A program made the translations under genes and the position numbers. Source: Bugula neritina (Eukaryota; Animalia; Bryozoa). Taken from it: 64,000 nt of DNA. The notes under the pieces were generated by a model. The model saw only the letters and a program-made list of their open reading frames with translations, had not been told where the DNA came from and made no database searches. The stretch lies in assembly GCA_964035545.1 (NCBI GenBank), contig OZ037765.1:5528698-5592697 (forward strand). Reading direction: 5' to 3'. Shown here one piece after another: positions 27,662 to 40,500 of the stretch; the stretch's first letter is position 1; each line of letters begins with the position of its first letter.

Positions 27662-30400
27662 GTTTGTTTGTTTTTTATTTTGTCATAGTCGGGAAAAAAT
27701 TAATTGAGAAAAAAATAAACAAAATGACAGGGCCTATGGCGCAATAGCACTGTAGCTAGTCGGGGCACCGAGCCATGAATGGTTGACAGTTATATAAGAT
27801 TTTTGTTTAGGTTTTTGGAAGTTTTAGCAACTTAAAAAAGTATTATTTTTTTATCTGGAAATTTGCCATTAGATGGTCTCTCAGGGCAAGTTTGAAACCA
27901 GCCTCCCTCTCCACAGCACGAATAGAACTAGGCAATTTATTCCATAGCGACGAACATTGGAATTCCACTCTTCGTTGACCTGCAGCAGTTGATGATGGAG
28001 GAGTTTGTAGGCTGAACTCTGAAAATCTTGTGGGATAGTTATGTGTGAGATGTGTTAGTTGAGAATAGTAAAGTTTATGTGAGAGCAGTATTAATTTGAA
28101 TTTGTGTAGAGTGTGAATAGGCATGATTGAAGAACTAAGAAACAGTGGTTTAGATGGGGAAAGGTGATGCTTTTTATATATAATTCTCAGTATTTTCTTT
28201 TGCAGTAAATGTAGTGGTTCAAGATAAATGTTTGCTGCATTACCCCACGATTCTAGGCAATATGTTAATTTAGAATTTACAAAAGAGTTATATATTTGTA
28301 TTAGAATTTTTCTAGGTAGGTGATTGGAACATTTACTTATCAAGCCTACTAAGGGCCTTAGGTTTTGACAAAGTTTGCTGCAATGTTGTTGCCAAGAAAG
28401 ATGTGAATCTATTATAATACCTAAGAAGGTAGTTGATTTTACTTCCACTAATTTTTTGTTAAACATTTCTAAGGCAAAGCCATTTAAATCTTGTTTATTT
28501 TGCGCTGTTTTGATTATCATATAGTTTGTTTTACTCATATTTACAGTTAATTTATTTTTATTGCACCAATTTTCAATTTTCTTTAATTCACAGTTTATGA
28601 CGTCCATATTGTTTAATAGATTTTTTGATTCAAAGAAGAGGTTCGTATCATCGGCAAATAATATAGGGTCTAAATGCATAGTTACATCTGGAAGATCATT
28701 TATATAAATTAGGAATAGTGTGGGACCAAGTATGGATCCTTGTGGTACTCCACATGTGATATGAATAAAGTCAGAATATGTGTTGTTAATAATAGTAGAC
28801 TGTTGACGATTGGACAGATAATTTTTAATTAGCTTCACACTGTGACTTGAAAAGTGGAGCATTTTTAATTTAGCTAATAAGATTTCATGATTTATTGTGT
28901 CAAAGGCCTTACTAAAATCGAGGAAAATTCCAGCTACAGAATTACCATTGTTCATGGCATTTAAAACCTTATTTGTTAGATTAATTAAGGCAATATTTGT
29001 GTTTCTATTTCGTCTAAAGCCGTACTGCTTATCAGTTAAATAATTTTTGCTTTCTAGAAAATCTACTATTTGCTTATTTAAAATCTTTTCAGCTATCTTA
29101 CTGAAAACAGGTAGTATAGAAATTGGGCGGTAATTACTTACATCAGTAGCTATGCCTTTTTTGTGTAGAGGAACAACTTTAGCTTTTTTTAGTTCATTTG
29201 GAAAAGCGCCATCATTGATAATTGTGTTTATAATGTAAGCTAAAGGCTTTGAAAGATGAGATGCAGATATTTTTATTAGGTTGGTGGGAGCTAAATCTAA
29301 TCCTGCAGCTTTGGCTGGGTTTACATCTTTAAGTAAGCTTTCAATGACTGTGCTTTCAATATTTGTAAAGCTAAACTGTTCATCAAGTTTTTTATCTGAC
29401 TTCTGAGCTGTAAAATCAAAATTGTCGTCAGTGAATTTCTTTGATAACGTTGTTCCTATGGAAGTAAAGTATTTATTAAAACTGTTTGCTATGTCCTTAT
29501 TTTCAGTTAGTGTAATATTTTCAGATGTTAAACTTTTAGGAGCATTTAATCTCTTTGATCGATTTTTTCCTAGATGTTCGTTTATGACTTTCCAACATTT
29601 ACTAGAATCTGAAGTATTTTCAAAAAAAGATTCAAAATATAAAGTCTTGGATCTACGCAAATTCTTCGTAACTAAATTTTTTAGAGTTTTATGTTTAAAT
29701 TTAAGTTTCAAGTTTAGAGGGGAATTTAAGGATTGTCTATAAACATAATCCCTTTTGTTCATCAGCTTAATTAATTCAACACTAATCCAGGGTCTTTTAT
29801 TTGTTTTAAGTTTGCGTGGCCAATTTGTTGAGAATTTTACTAATGGAGCATGTTTATTGCATAAATCCATAAATATTTTAAAGAAACTGTCATACCTAGA
29901 ATTCACATCTTTCTTGGCATATACTTTGGAGTTCCAGTCTACTTTAGAAAGATCTTTCAAAAATAGTTCTTCATTTATTTTCTTATAATTTCTAATGTTT
30001 GTAGATTTAGTTATATTAAAATAGTTAGTTAAATTTTCTATTTTGATAAAAGTAGGCAAGTGATCTGCTATGCTTGTTGTTATTGTTCCAGATGTTAAGA
30101 ATTTATCATAAAAATTAACATTTATATGATCTAAGCAAGAATTGTATCGTGTAGGAATCTGAATTGAATTTATAAAATGAGAGCAGGATAGGATGTTGAG
30201 GTAAGATGTACTCACAGGATCGGATTTAAGAGTGTCGATATTGATATCACCTAGTATGACATTGAATGTCTCACAACATGAACTTCTTATAATTTGAAAT
30301 TGCACAGGTTGCCTGGAAGTGTTGACATTAAAGACTTGCATAAATTAAATTAAAATTTTGATGTCAAATTGAGTTCAATTAGTTGTATTAAAGGATTTCA
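27662..30400 (-). mobile_element. Non-LTR retrotransposon (LINE, L2/CR1 group); 5' boundary uncertain
   Basis: ORF2 27843-30341, 3' UTR ending AATAAAAAACAAACAAAC (simple-repeat tail) at ~27662-27680. Confidence 0.85.
27843..30341 (-). CDS. LINE ORF2: partial apurinic endonuclease plus reverse transcriptase (832 aa)
   Basis: APE C-terminal motifs ILGDINID, PTR..SCLDH, ADHLP; RT motifs NYRPISILP, QYGFR, FLDFSKAFD, GVPQGSILGP, FADDT, FLG. The N-terminal half of the APE appears internally deleted. Confidence 0.9.
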   Translation of the reverse strand: MQVFNVNTSRQPVQFQIIRSSCCETFNVILGDINIDTLKSDPVSTSYLNILSCSHFINSIQIPTRYNSCLDHINVNFYDKFLTSGTITTSIADHLPTFIKIENLTNYFNITKSTNIRNYKKINEELFLKDLSKVDWNSKVYAKKDVNSRYDSFFKIFMDLCNKHAPLVKFSTNWPRKLKTNKRPWISVELIKLMNKRDYVYRQSLNSPLNLKLKFKHKTLKNLVTKNLRRSKTLYFESFFENTSDSSKCWKVINEHLGKNRSKRLNAPKSLTSENITLTENKDIANSFNKYFTSIGTTLSKKFTDDNFDFTAQKSDKKLDEQFSFTNIESTVIESLLKDVNPAKAAGLDLAPTNLIKISASHLSKPLAYIINTIINDGAFPNELKKAKVVPLHKKGIATDVSNYRPISILPVFSKIAEKILNKQIVDFLESKNYLTDKQYGFRRNRNTNIALINLTNKVLNAMNNGNSVAGIFLDFSKAFDTINHEILLAKLKMLHFSSHSVKLIKNYLSNRQQSTIINNTYSDFIHITCGVPQGSILGPTLFLIYINDLPDVTMHLDPILFADDTNLFFESKNLLNNMDVINCELKKIENWCNKNKLTVNMSKTNYMIIKTAQNKQDLNGFALEMFNKKLVEVKSTTFLGIIIDSHLSWQQHCSKLCQNLRPLVGLISKCSNHLPRKILIQIYNSFVNSKLTYCLESWGNAANIYLEPLHLLQKKILRIIYKKHHLSPSKPLFLSSSIMPIHTLHKFKLILLSHKLYYSQLTHLTHNYPTRFSEFSLQTPPSSTAAGQRRVEFQCSSLWNKLPSSIRAVEREAGFKLALRDHLMANFQIKK

Positions 30401-31575
30401 AGTACTAGACCAAGTGGTGAGTGGTGTATGTGCTGTTGGAATGTCCAAGAACCAACCATCCATACCTTGAACAAATTTTAAAGCTTTGGTGTTTAAATTT
30501 TCATACTTTAATAAATTTATCAGGACAGAGTTATGAGAAGAAGCTTAATTGAGCTCCGGCACTTATCTGCTACCCGAACAGGACAAAACGGAGATAGGTG
30601 AGAATAAATTTCTCAAATATAATAAATTGCAACGTCTTAATCCAGTTTAATAATATCCACCAATAAAGCTAGAGAATTCAGATACATTTTTTCTCTGTAC
30701 TACGGAGCTCATATCATAAGAGAGAGAGAGAGCTGTGGTTATATCCTTCTCTTGAAATAAATTACTGGAATAGTAGTGAGCTAGTTTGTAGCAGGAGAGC
30801 ATAACTTATAAGAGCATGTCTTCTGTACAGCATGTAGCAAAGAGATGGTGAATAAATACATTAGTGAGGACACTTGGCTTAAACCAATTTTAGAGTCAAG
30901 ATCACTTTTTGCCAAAAAATCTCAACAATTGAGCCAACAGCAACAGCCAATAAGTTTGCACTTTTCATTTCAACTATTTTATTAGTGTGTAAAAATTTAT
31001 TGCAAGGAAAAAAGGACAATAATGTAAATAAATATTTGAAGCAAGTATTATGACTTCGTAATCATACCTATGCATAGAATGAAATTCCTACATAAAATAA
31101 TCTAATGGATAATAGAGAGTCATATTTAATCTCGACATTAGTACAAGAATAGAAACTAATGAATAACAGTTGCAAACAATATTTGAAAGCTTCTAAGAAA
31201 CACTATTACATAATTTTCTGTTATTTTTTAAGAAAAGAATTACATGAGCACGGCATATGTTGACAGGCACTCATACCATCTGATGAACTATTCCCATCTA
31301 TCTTTTAGCAATTACTGTTAGTTCAAAGCCACATTAAAGCTAGAAATATCCAGACATTGTAAATAATGTTTTCCAGCTACTCTGTACACGAGTAGGTGTG
31401 CTCTGTCCTTAGAACTATAAGAAGCACCTTATGGAATATGTCAGCCCGCAGAGCACTTGTGTACACAACGTACACAGCACAAGTTGAAGAGTGGCCGTGA
31501 AAGGAAACAGCTACATGTAGAGTTGGTTATATAACATATCTAATCAATACAGACAAACAGACAGATGTCAGTCTC

Positions 31576-34500
31576 TCAAACCACTGAATCATCACCAAAG
31601 TCCTCTTGTATAACGTCAATCGTATCTGCTGCCTGCAAAACATAAATATAATCTAGTGAACGGCAGCAATAACAAGCTGGTATGTACACCACCTACATAA
31701 TACTAGAATATCTACTTGGTATAGTGGAAGAAATATGACAACTCCCAACTTTAAAAGATAAAAGATATCGACTCTATCAGCCGTCTATTTAATGTTATTC
31801 TTCATATTGTATGCAAACAGAAAAGAAATAAATATACAACTAGACAGTGCTATTTATAACCACGTGTATATTTCACTGCAACAGTTCAAGCCTAAACTGA
31901 TAATACAGTGAACGACATTGAGGTAACCAGTTGGCCCATTTTCTTTTTAACCAAGAAACATAAGGAACAAAGGCTATATGCAGCCCGCTCAGGCTAATTA
32001 TCACTACAAACACTGCGTTTCCAAGCTTTGCATTTTTCCTTTGATGTTTGGAAACAGTTTCATCGAATGAAACTGCAACCGTATGTTCATTAGTAAGAGC
32101 CTCCATTTATTTAATGTGAAGTAATGGAAACGCAGCTATTCAACACACGGTTGAGCTTTACAGTTCATCTATGAGCGTCATGAGCAGAAAAATACACGAA
32201 TGACAATTAACAACTGACTAACCTTTTCAACAGGTGCTTGTTTAAGTGATTTAGAGGGGGGCTGCAGTACCGGCCCGTCTTCTACATTGGCAGACTGGAA
32301 CAGAGGTGAGGATAGAGTTTCCTCAGTCGCAGAACCGTTAGAAACTTTAAGTGATTGACTTCTATTGCCGCCTCTTGAAATGGCTGCCGCCTCTTCAGCA
32401 GAACCTGAGTCAGCAAAGTCAGCAGATTACTAGGAGTTGGCGAGTGAGCAGATATCATACAGTGGGTTAGACAGCGTTGAAATAATCAACTTGTCTGCTG
32501 GGTTTAAACATAGTGTTGAGTTGTGAGAGATTACAACTCTATTGCTGAAATCATTACCCAGCGTGCATTTCCTTTGTAGAAAAAATATCGGAACACAATA
32601 AATGGAATCAATTTCATTAGTAAAACCTCAATAGGAGCTTTAAATAGCATAATTTAAATAAAATAAGCAACTAATACAATTTCTATACTCAGCAACACCA
32701 AATAAAGCTAAACTATTCTATAAAGCAGGGATTTTGAGAAACACCTACCTTTTGTGCTTGGAGAGACTTTATCGGAGGTTTCCTTTGGCGCCAATTCTAT
32801 GCCTTCCGTTAGGTCGCCTTGAGATACTGACGTCTTCAATTTGCTCTCCTCTAGAAACAGCAGAGACAGAGTAACTCACAGAGGAGAAAGTGACTAACAC
32901 CAACGGGTGACTACCCAACATGAAAAGGCAGCAATATTATAACTCAAACTCACGCTGCCACAATATTAGCTTGATTAGCAAGTAAACCACACCCGACCAA
33001 TAAGCATTAGACTATGTGTTACGGCAGCAATGAGACATGCAGAGAGAAAAGCTGAGGCTGAGGCAAGTTGGTCTACAAGTACGTGTGGACACCGTGATAT
33101 TCCAGAGATAGCCACCGACAGTGAAGCAACCACAGCAATCGCAGGAGAGGTCCAAAAAGCAGAAGCATGAATCATCAACCACCACCTTGTTCACCTTCAG
33201 CAGTCGTCCCGCCTGTGCAGTCTCCATCTAGTCTGGCGTTGTCCGCTGTCACCTCGTCATCCATTTTAGCTTCTGTTTTACAGACCGGTGTAGCAGGAGA
33301 AACGGGGCCGCATGGTGACACGTCCTTTACGGGAGTTCTTAGAGAAACTGGTGATGCCAAGACTTTTAGGGGAGATTTGGATTGATTGGGAGATTTGGTA
33401 CTGGTTGATGCACTGCCCTCAGCTGAGGATTTAAAAGATATTGAGGGAGGTCGGGCTGGCCGTGGAGATTTGGCAGATGGTGACAATAGGGCAGCATCTG
33501 CGCCGGGAACCGCAGCGGCAGCAGTGTCATGCTGCTTAATGTGAAAGTCAGCAGATGAACGGGGAGGGCGCGATGGCTTATCGGTGTTCAATTCGGGGCT
33601 TGTGAGAGGGGAGCTGTCAGCAGATGAAGTTATTTTAGGTGCTATAAAAGTTTGGCGCTTGGAAGGATCTGGTGGCGGTGGTTTAGGAGGTGCTGAAATT
33701 ATGCCATGAAAAGTGAAGTAAAATACTGCTGACAATACCAAGCAATAGGAAATACGGCTAAAAATAGATTAAAACACCTTTACCTGTCTTAGATATACCA
33801 GCAGTTGACATATTTATCATGGTAGTAGGCCTTGTGTTTGCTGATGGCTTCGGTTTGAGCTTAGGGGGAGGTTTGGGTCTCAGAAGTGGAGGTTTCGAAG
33901 GTTTCACAGCTGGAGATGGTTCTGTAGACGTGGCAGCTTCTCTAGGTGCTGGCTGTGGTTTGGGTGGGGTGGGTCTCACAGGTGGTACCACCTCCTCCTT
34001 CTTTCCTTCACTGGTTGGGGAAGGAGTAGCAGGCTTGAGTGCAGGTCTAGTATCTTCTGTTTTAACAACAGAAGGGGAGGACCTCGGGGCAGCCTTTGGT
34101 TGCAGAGCAGTCTACCATAGAACCCAGGCAACGTTTATTGCAGCAGTACATAATACTAACAGTGATACAATAACTCACAATTCACTAAACTAACTTACAA
34201 GTGAAATAATAGCACAACATTTACCAGCTGCAAAACTAAAAATGGGGAAAACTTCCCCTACTGAAGAAATCAAATCATGACTTCATAATAATGGATGAAC
34301 AAATTTTCTTTCTCCAAGTTTTACAAAAATATAAATAATTGATGAAAGGGTTCGGAAAAAATTCCAATTGTTCCTAAAAAAGCTGGTTCTTAAACTTTAC
34401 AGAGCGATTAAATGTTTAGTGCCTGCCTAGAACAACTTTTCCACATACTTTAGTAAATTTGAAACTCATGTTTCTGCACTTTATGCTCTGCTTTTTGTAA

Positions 34501-37500
34501 GAATACAACTCCCAACAAACAGTGTCTTGTGAAAATTTAAAAAAAAACACTAGAAATCATCAGTAAACTTGCGTTCACCTTGTTGTTACGTTTCTGCATC
34601 TCGGCTAGCAATCCTCCAGGCATTCCTGGCATACCTGGCATTCCAACTCCCATTGGCTTTTTCTTGGGAGGAATGAGAGCGCCTTGTTCTGAAACACCCG
34701 GCAAGTAGTATAATAATCATCTCAATGCACCAACAGAGTACCAGAGTAACAGTGGCAACACAACGACAAAGCTATTCAAATTGAATATAGTTCTCTTAAG
34801 AATATTAATTTTGAGCTACTTCGAAGTCTATCACTGAGCCAATACTATTTGACTTTACCTCATCCTAAGATATCTCATAGCAAACTGAAAATTGATCACC
34901 TCGAAAACTTATTTTAGTTTAATTTATTCACGCTCCGAAAATGTTGAAAAATAAAACGATCATAAATTCTACATAGACTAAGCGCAACTAGTTATAGGGT
35001 TAGTATAATGACAGGAAGTTGGTATTATAAGATAACAAGACAGACAAACCTTCTGATGTTTCAGCAGTCACAGAGGTGGACATGGTTTCCGTAGTTGGAG
35101 TTCTTTCTAGTGAAGCTGTCTTATTAGCTTCTGACATTGACTCATCTGTAAAATAAGCTACAGGTGACCACAGGCTAACTACTCAGTACTCATCATATGG
35201 ACCAATCACTGGCCAAGAACTTTAGCCAACAAATAGAAACCCAACTGAATGAAATCAAACCACCAGCAAATACAGGGGTCTTTAGAATTACATAAGTTAC
35301 TGATGAGGAACAGAATACAGAGCAATAATGTGTAATAAACTGATTAAATAGACTGAAAATATGCAGACTGTAATGATTTTATCACACAAATATTACTCAG
35401 CTAAACTTGCTGCCAGAAACTACCTGCATACCCTGCACTTGGCCCGCAATAGCATTGATTTACGGTGATAATAGCCTGGTTCATGGGAACAGTTCCCAGA
35501 CTAATACAACAAGACCCACACTAACTGATCACTATTCTACATGAACTAATAGCAACAATATATTAGCTTCAAGAATACTTCTTCAATTTTGCGTCTTGCA
35601 AATTGATTAGAACTTATAAAGGGTGATTGCAATACTTTAGAGTCCGTACCTGGAATGTCATTAGAGGGTTTAGAAGAGGTCGAGGGGTTAGGAGACCTGT
35701 CCCGTTTGGCTGGAGGCGTGGGAGTTGCTTCCACCACAGGTTTAGTATCTGGTACATCGACAGCCGGTTTCTTCTTCTTATTGAAGAAACTTGAAATGCT
35801 GTCGGCTATATTTTTTCTAGAATATCAAATTGACAAAAGAATGAAGCGTAATAGTATCTTTTAGAATGGTGAGCATGCTCAGTGAAGACAACTGATGTCT
35901 AGAGAAAGTTTGAGTGAGACTGTATAAAACAAACAAACATCTTAAACAAAAATGCAAACAATCTCAACAGAGCCAATGCAAAAACAAGAAAAACAGACAA
36001 GTAGCAGGCGCAATGATGCAGAACTTTAACCCTTCACCTTTAAAACTTATTTATCCCACGCCGAGGTATTAACTACATTAGTATTCTAACTATGGCCAGA
36101 ATAATCCAAATAACTAAGCAGAATTTTGACAACTAATGAATAGAATTTTAAATGAGTTGTCCCACTAAATACCTTATTTAAAGGGGTGACAATTCCAATA
36201 CTAAAGTAAAACACGTCAACTTGTATAACTATTATACTTCCTTCACATGAGAATGGGTGTTTCCTTCACAAAACAAATGATTTAGACTGACTTTGAATTA
36301 GTAATATGATCACATATTCACTACATACTATGTGACTGATTAAAATTCTTGGCTAGAAAGTATTCCACTTGAGTTGACTACATATTCAGTAAAATGAGGA
36401 AATAACTATCTGAGGTAATAGCACATGCAAGTTCCCTGTACAACAAGGACATTATACTAACTCTAATCTACATAGCCTACATCTAGCAGAAGATTAAGGT
36501 ATATATCAATACATGCTGTACCAAAAGTAGGCTAACCAAACTACAAGCCTACGAGTAATTTCTCTCTCAAATCAAATCTTTAGATGAAAACTCACACTTT
36601 CAATAACACAGATTCTCGTAAAATAAAAACAATTTTCAGTGGCACAGAGCTGCAGGAGTCCATTCCACAACACTGAGCTGTCACAACCCTGATGTGACAT
36701 TAGGTTGTGACACAACGGTGTGACACTGAGCTGTGACAAGAGGATGCATGCACCACTAACTACCAAGCATTCTATAGGCACACCAGGTCTACTAGCTCTG
36801 CTTGATATCGCCTGTTAAGTACGTGTGGTGGAGCAACATAGACAGTAAAAGCAGCCAATCACTGACCAGATATACTCACTTAGCACCCGATGTTCTGGAA
36901 CTGCACACAAAGAGACTGAGAGTGTACTAAACAGTAAACATATGCAGTACTTTCACTGCCCGTACTCTAAACCACACAGGGAATAGTAAGTTCACAGTCT
37001 AACAAATACATCTCACCAGCCCACACCTGTTCACTGTACATGTAATATACATATACCTGCGCTAGCACATGTATGCACCTACATCCAGGTTAGTGAGAGG
37101 TAAGTAATGCCGGCCATAGAGTAAGTAACTGTTAATACATGAGCTGGAGACAGTACTATTTATAGGGCAACACTGATAGCTAGACTTCACGATTCAGGAA
37201 GTAAGCTATAGATAACCGGTTGCTATACTAGACCCTAGTACAGCTTAATCTACTTGTCAAACCTACATGCCTATTGGCCTGTGACATTCATTTACAAAAT
37301 GTGTCATTATCACTAACAGTCAGTTATACACCCTAGTAATACACTACACAGTGTAGTTATACACCCTACTAATACACTACACAATGCATCTATACATCCA
37401 GTAATACACTACAAAATGCGGTTATACATATAGTAATACACTATATAGTGCAGTTAAACATAAAGTAATACACTAAACAGTATTTTATACATGCGATAAT

Positions 37501-40500
37501 ACACTAAACAATGTTGTTATACATCTAGTAATACAATACATAATGTTGTTATACATATAGTAATACACTACAAAGTACTATTATACATGTGATAACACAC
37601 TAAACAATGTAGTAACAGGCACAGTACTGAATCCCACTCACTCACCCTTTCTTCTTCTCACTCTCTTGTTTGTCTTTATGTGACCCTCCGAATGGAGACC
37701 GCAGTTTGGCTTTCAATTTGGGACTAAAAGAAGACAAGAACAAAGTATATAAGAGAGATGACAACTCCATTGCAACTCTATCAATAGTAATAGGGTTCAC
37801 ATTTTTTATTGTGCTGTAATTATAATGTAAAGGGCAGACAGCTGACAAAATTTATACTTATATTTAGCTATTACGACTCGTTAGTTTAACTGTTTTTAAG
37901 CACAATTAGCAACTTTAGCCATAGAACTTGGCCTAAACAGTAGTTTAAAGCTGTAGACACAAATTCAAATAACCTGAGATTATAGTTACTTCCAAACTCT
38001 AGATTATAGGCACCAGTCGCTAAAAACCTAGGCTATTCTCTACAAAATCAGCAAATTGCGTGACCACTAGCATTACATCAGTACCATAATGGTGCAGTAG
38101 CAACTTCTGCCTTCCAGCACACTTCCTTTACCTGCCATCTGATTTCTCAGTCTTGGCCGCTCCTTCTGATTTATCCAGAGAACCTGTACGCGGTTTAGCC
38201 GTGGGAGGAGGTGCTGACACCAGGACTGGGGTTTGTGAAACTGCTGCCGGCTTGAAAAAGTCATCAACTGCGGACTCGTCAGCTTCCTCTGAAGTCAGCG
38301 CTGCTCTAGGCACGGGTCTGCGGGCAGCCTGTTTTTTCACTCTCTTCGGTCGATCCTTTGCCAGGTGGACCAATGAAGAGGTGGGTTTAGCCTCTGGCAG
38401 GTTTTTGATCTCGGGCTCAGCTGCTGCCACTCCTGCTGCTGCCGCCGCTGCCAACCATTAACAAATATATAAACAAGTGAACATAACAGAACATCACCTT
38501 TACATGTTCATGTTGGTGAGTGACAATATTACACCTTCTGCTCTTACGCTTGTTTAACGTCTTTATCCCTGTGAGAACTCCTGATGGTAAAGGTTTATTA
38601 ATTGTGCAAAGATATTACCAATGGCCCTCCCTACTCTACTCAAACCATAATCTAGTGTACGCTAAACTTGTGCTCTGACTACAGTTACTCTCTGATACAC
38701 TCTCAGTCATATTCAGGATATGAGTTCTACCAAGGGTGATAAGGAAGTAAATTAAACCAGAAATTGGTGAGATAAAATGCTGGGGCCATGGCAATATTGA
38801 ATATAATTTCTATTGGAACAGTATATATCTTGGCAGGGAATATACAGTGGTGTGGTGTTGGTATTAGATATCTATCAAGTATACATCTTAGAATCTCAAT
38901 CATATGCACCTAGAGCTGACAATTTACCAATGAAAGAGCCCTGGGAATGAGTCACTGCATAGGTATTTATGATATGTGTATGTGAGAAAGATGGACAGGA
39001 GAAATAAACTGGCAGAGTGAAGGGCCCGATGTGTGCTAATATCACACCTACATGACCCCTGAATTACAAGACAAGATGTCTCAGAATAGAGTTATTACAA
39101 TCACTGAGTGAAACTGTGGTGTCCTGCTGTGAACCAACTAACTACTGTTTATATACTTCCATTTATACTGAAAAAGTAAATTTTTCTATTTTGCTTTTGA
39201 AAAACTTTTAAAAATTGGCAATAATTGATTTATAGTTCCTGGTTAACATAGGATTATAAAATAAGATATAATTAATACTACAGTATGAGTCACTAACTGC
39301 GTCACCAGGTTCAAATATTAGATTTCGAGGCATGTTTTCCTGATTCTATAGTTGCATAGATGTTGTATACAAAAAACCAATTCATAAGTATTCTCACATT
39401 TAGTGACAACATTCGTGGGTGTTGGGAAGAGAATTGCAGATTCCACTGCAGAAATGGCATGATTTGAAATGATATATATTGCTATGACATATTTGGCAGG
39501 CAAGCTAAGTGGTAGGTTATCAACTCACGAGATGCCAAAGATGTGGTAACGGCTTCTGCTAGCTTTCCATCCTTTCCATCGTCAGTTTTACCATCCGTTG
39601 CATCTGGGAAAAGAAGAATAATACTAGTTATCATGAGCTACTATTATAACAGCTAAAGTTGAGAGCAAGTCAAATTGATAATTCATTACAATCATGCATT
39701 CAAACTGTAACAGTTAGTGTCCAAACCTCAATAACTTGAGTAGTTCATCAATTAGTAAGTGGAAGTAACTAAATGACAGAAGAGTTGAAGTGCAAAAAAG
39801 TAACTTCAGTTACTAAAACAACTGAGGACTAATTTTTTCCACATCAGTGAGTGATCACAATAACACAAGTTACATAGCCTATATGTGTAAAAGCTCTTCA
39901 GTTTTTATATTCCCTCATAATGATTCAAGTTTGTATCTCTCACACAGGTTAAAAATGACTTGTTCAAAAATCAGTCTATCACACATGACACAAGTCCACT
40001 CTCACAGCGGTGCATTGTTCAATTTTATCAGCAAATTAATAAATCATATAATCATAATCACGGATTGAACTGTTTCGTGCATATGTTATAGCAATAAGCA
40101 TTGTTTCTTATCAATTTTATTGAATGTCCCACATAAGTTCAGTATTTTCCAATATTTTATAATAAGTCGCTGCTTTCCCCATCAACTCAAAATCTTCACA
40201 TCTCTATAAATGATCAACACTGAGAGATTCGTCAACTATGTATATTTTTCTCTCATAATTCACTCCTAGGTAGCTGCAGAAGAAGCCAAAATAATTTCAC
40301 TATTTACTTTTTGGATAGTGTGTTAAATCTAGCAGTAGGATAGAGCTTTAGTCTAGGAATTATTGATTAGCAGTCTAAAAAGATTTAATCTACACTGAAA
40401 GTAATGCATATAGTCATTCATGCTTTAAACATAGCTGTAAGTTGAAACTTGTTCAGTATTTCATTATGAATCATTTACAATTAACTCTTTCATACTCCAT

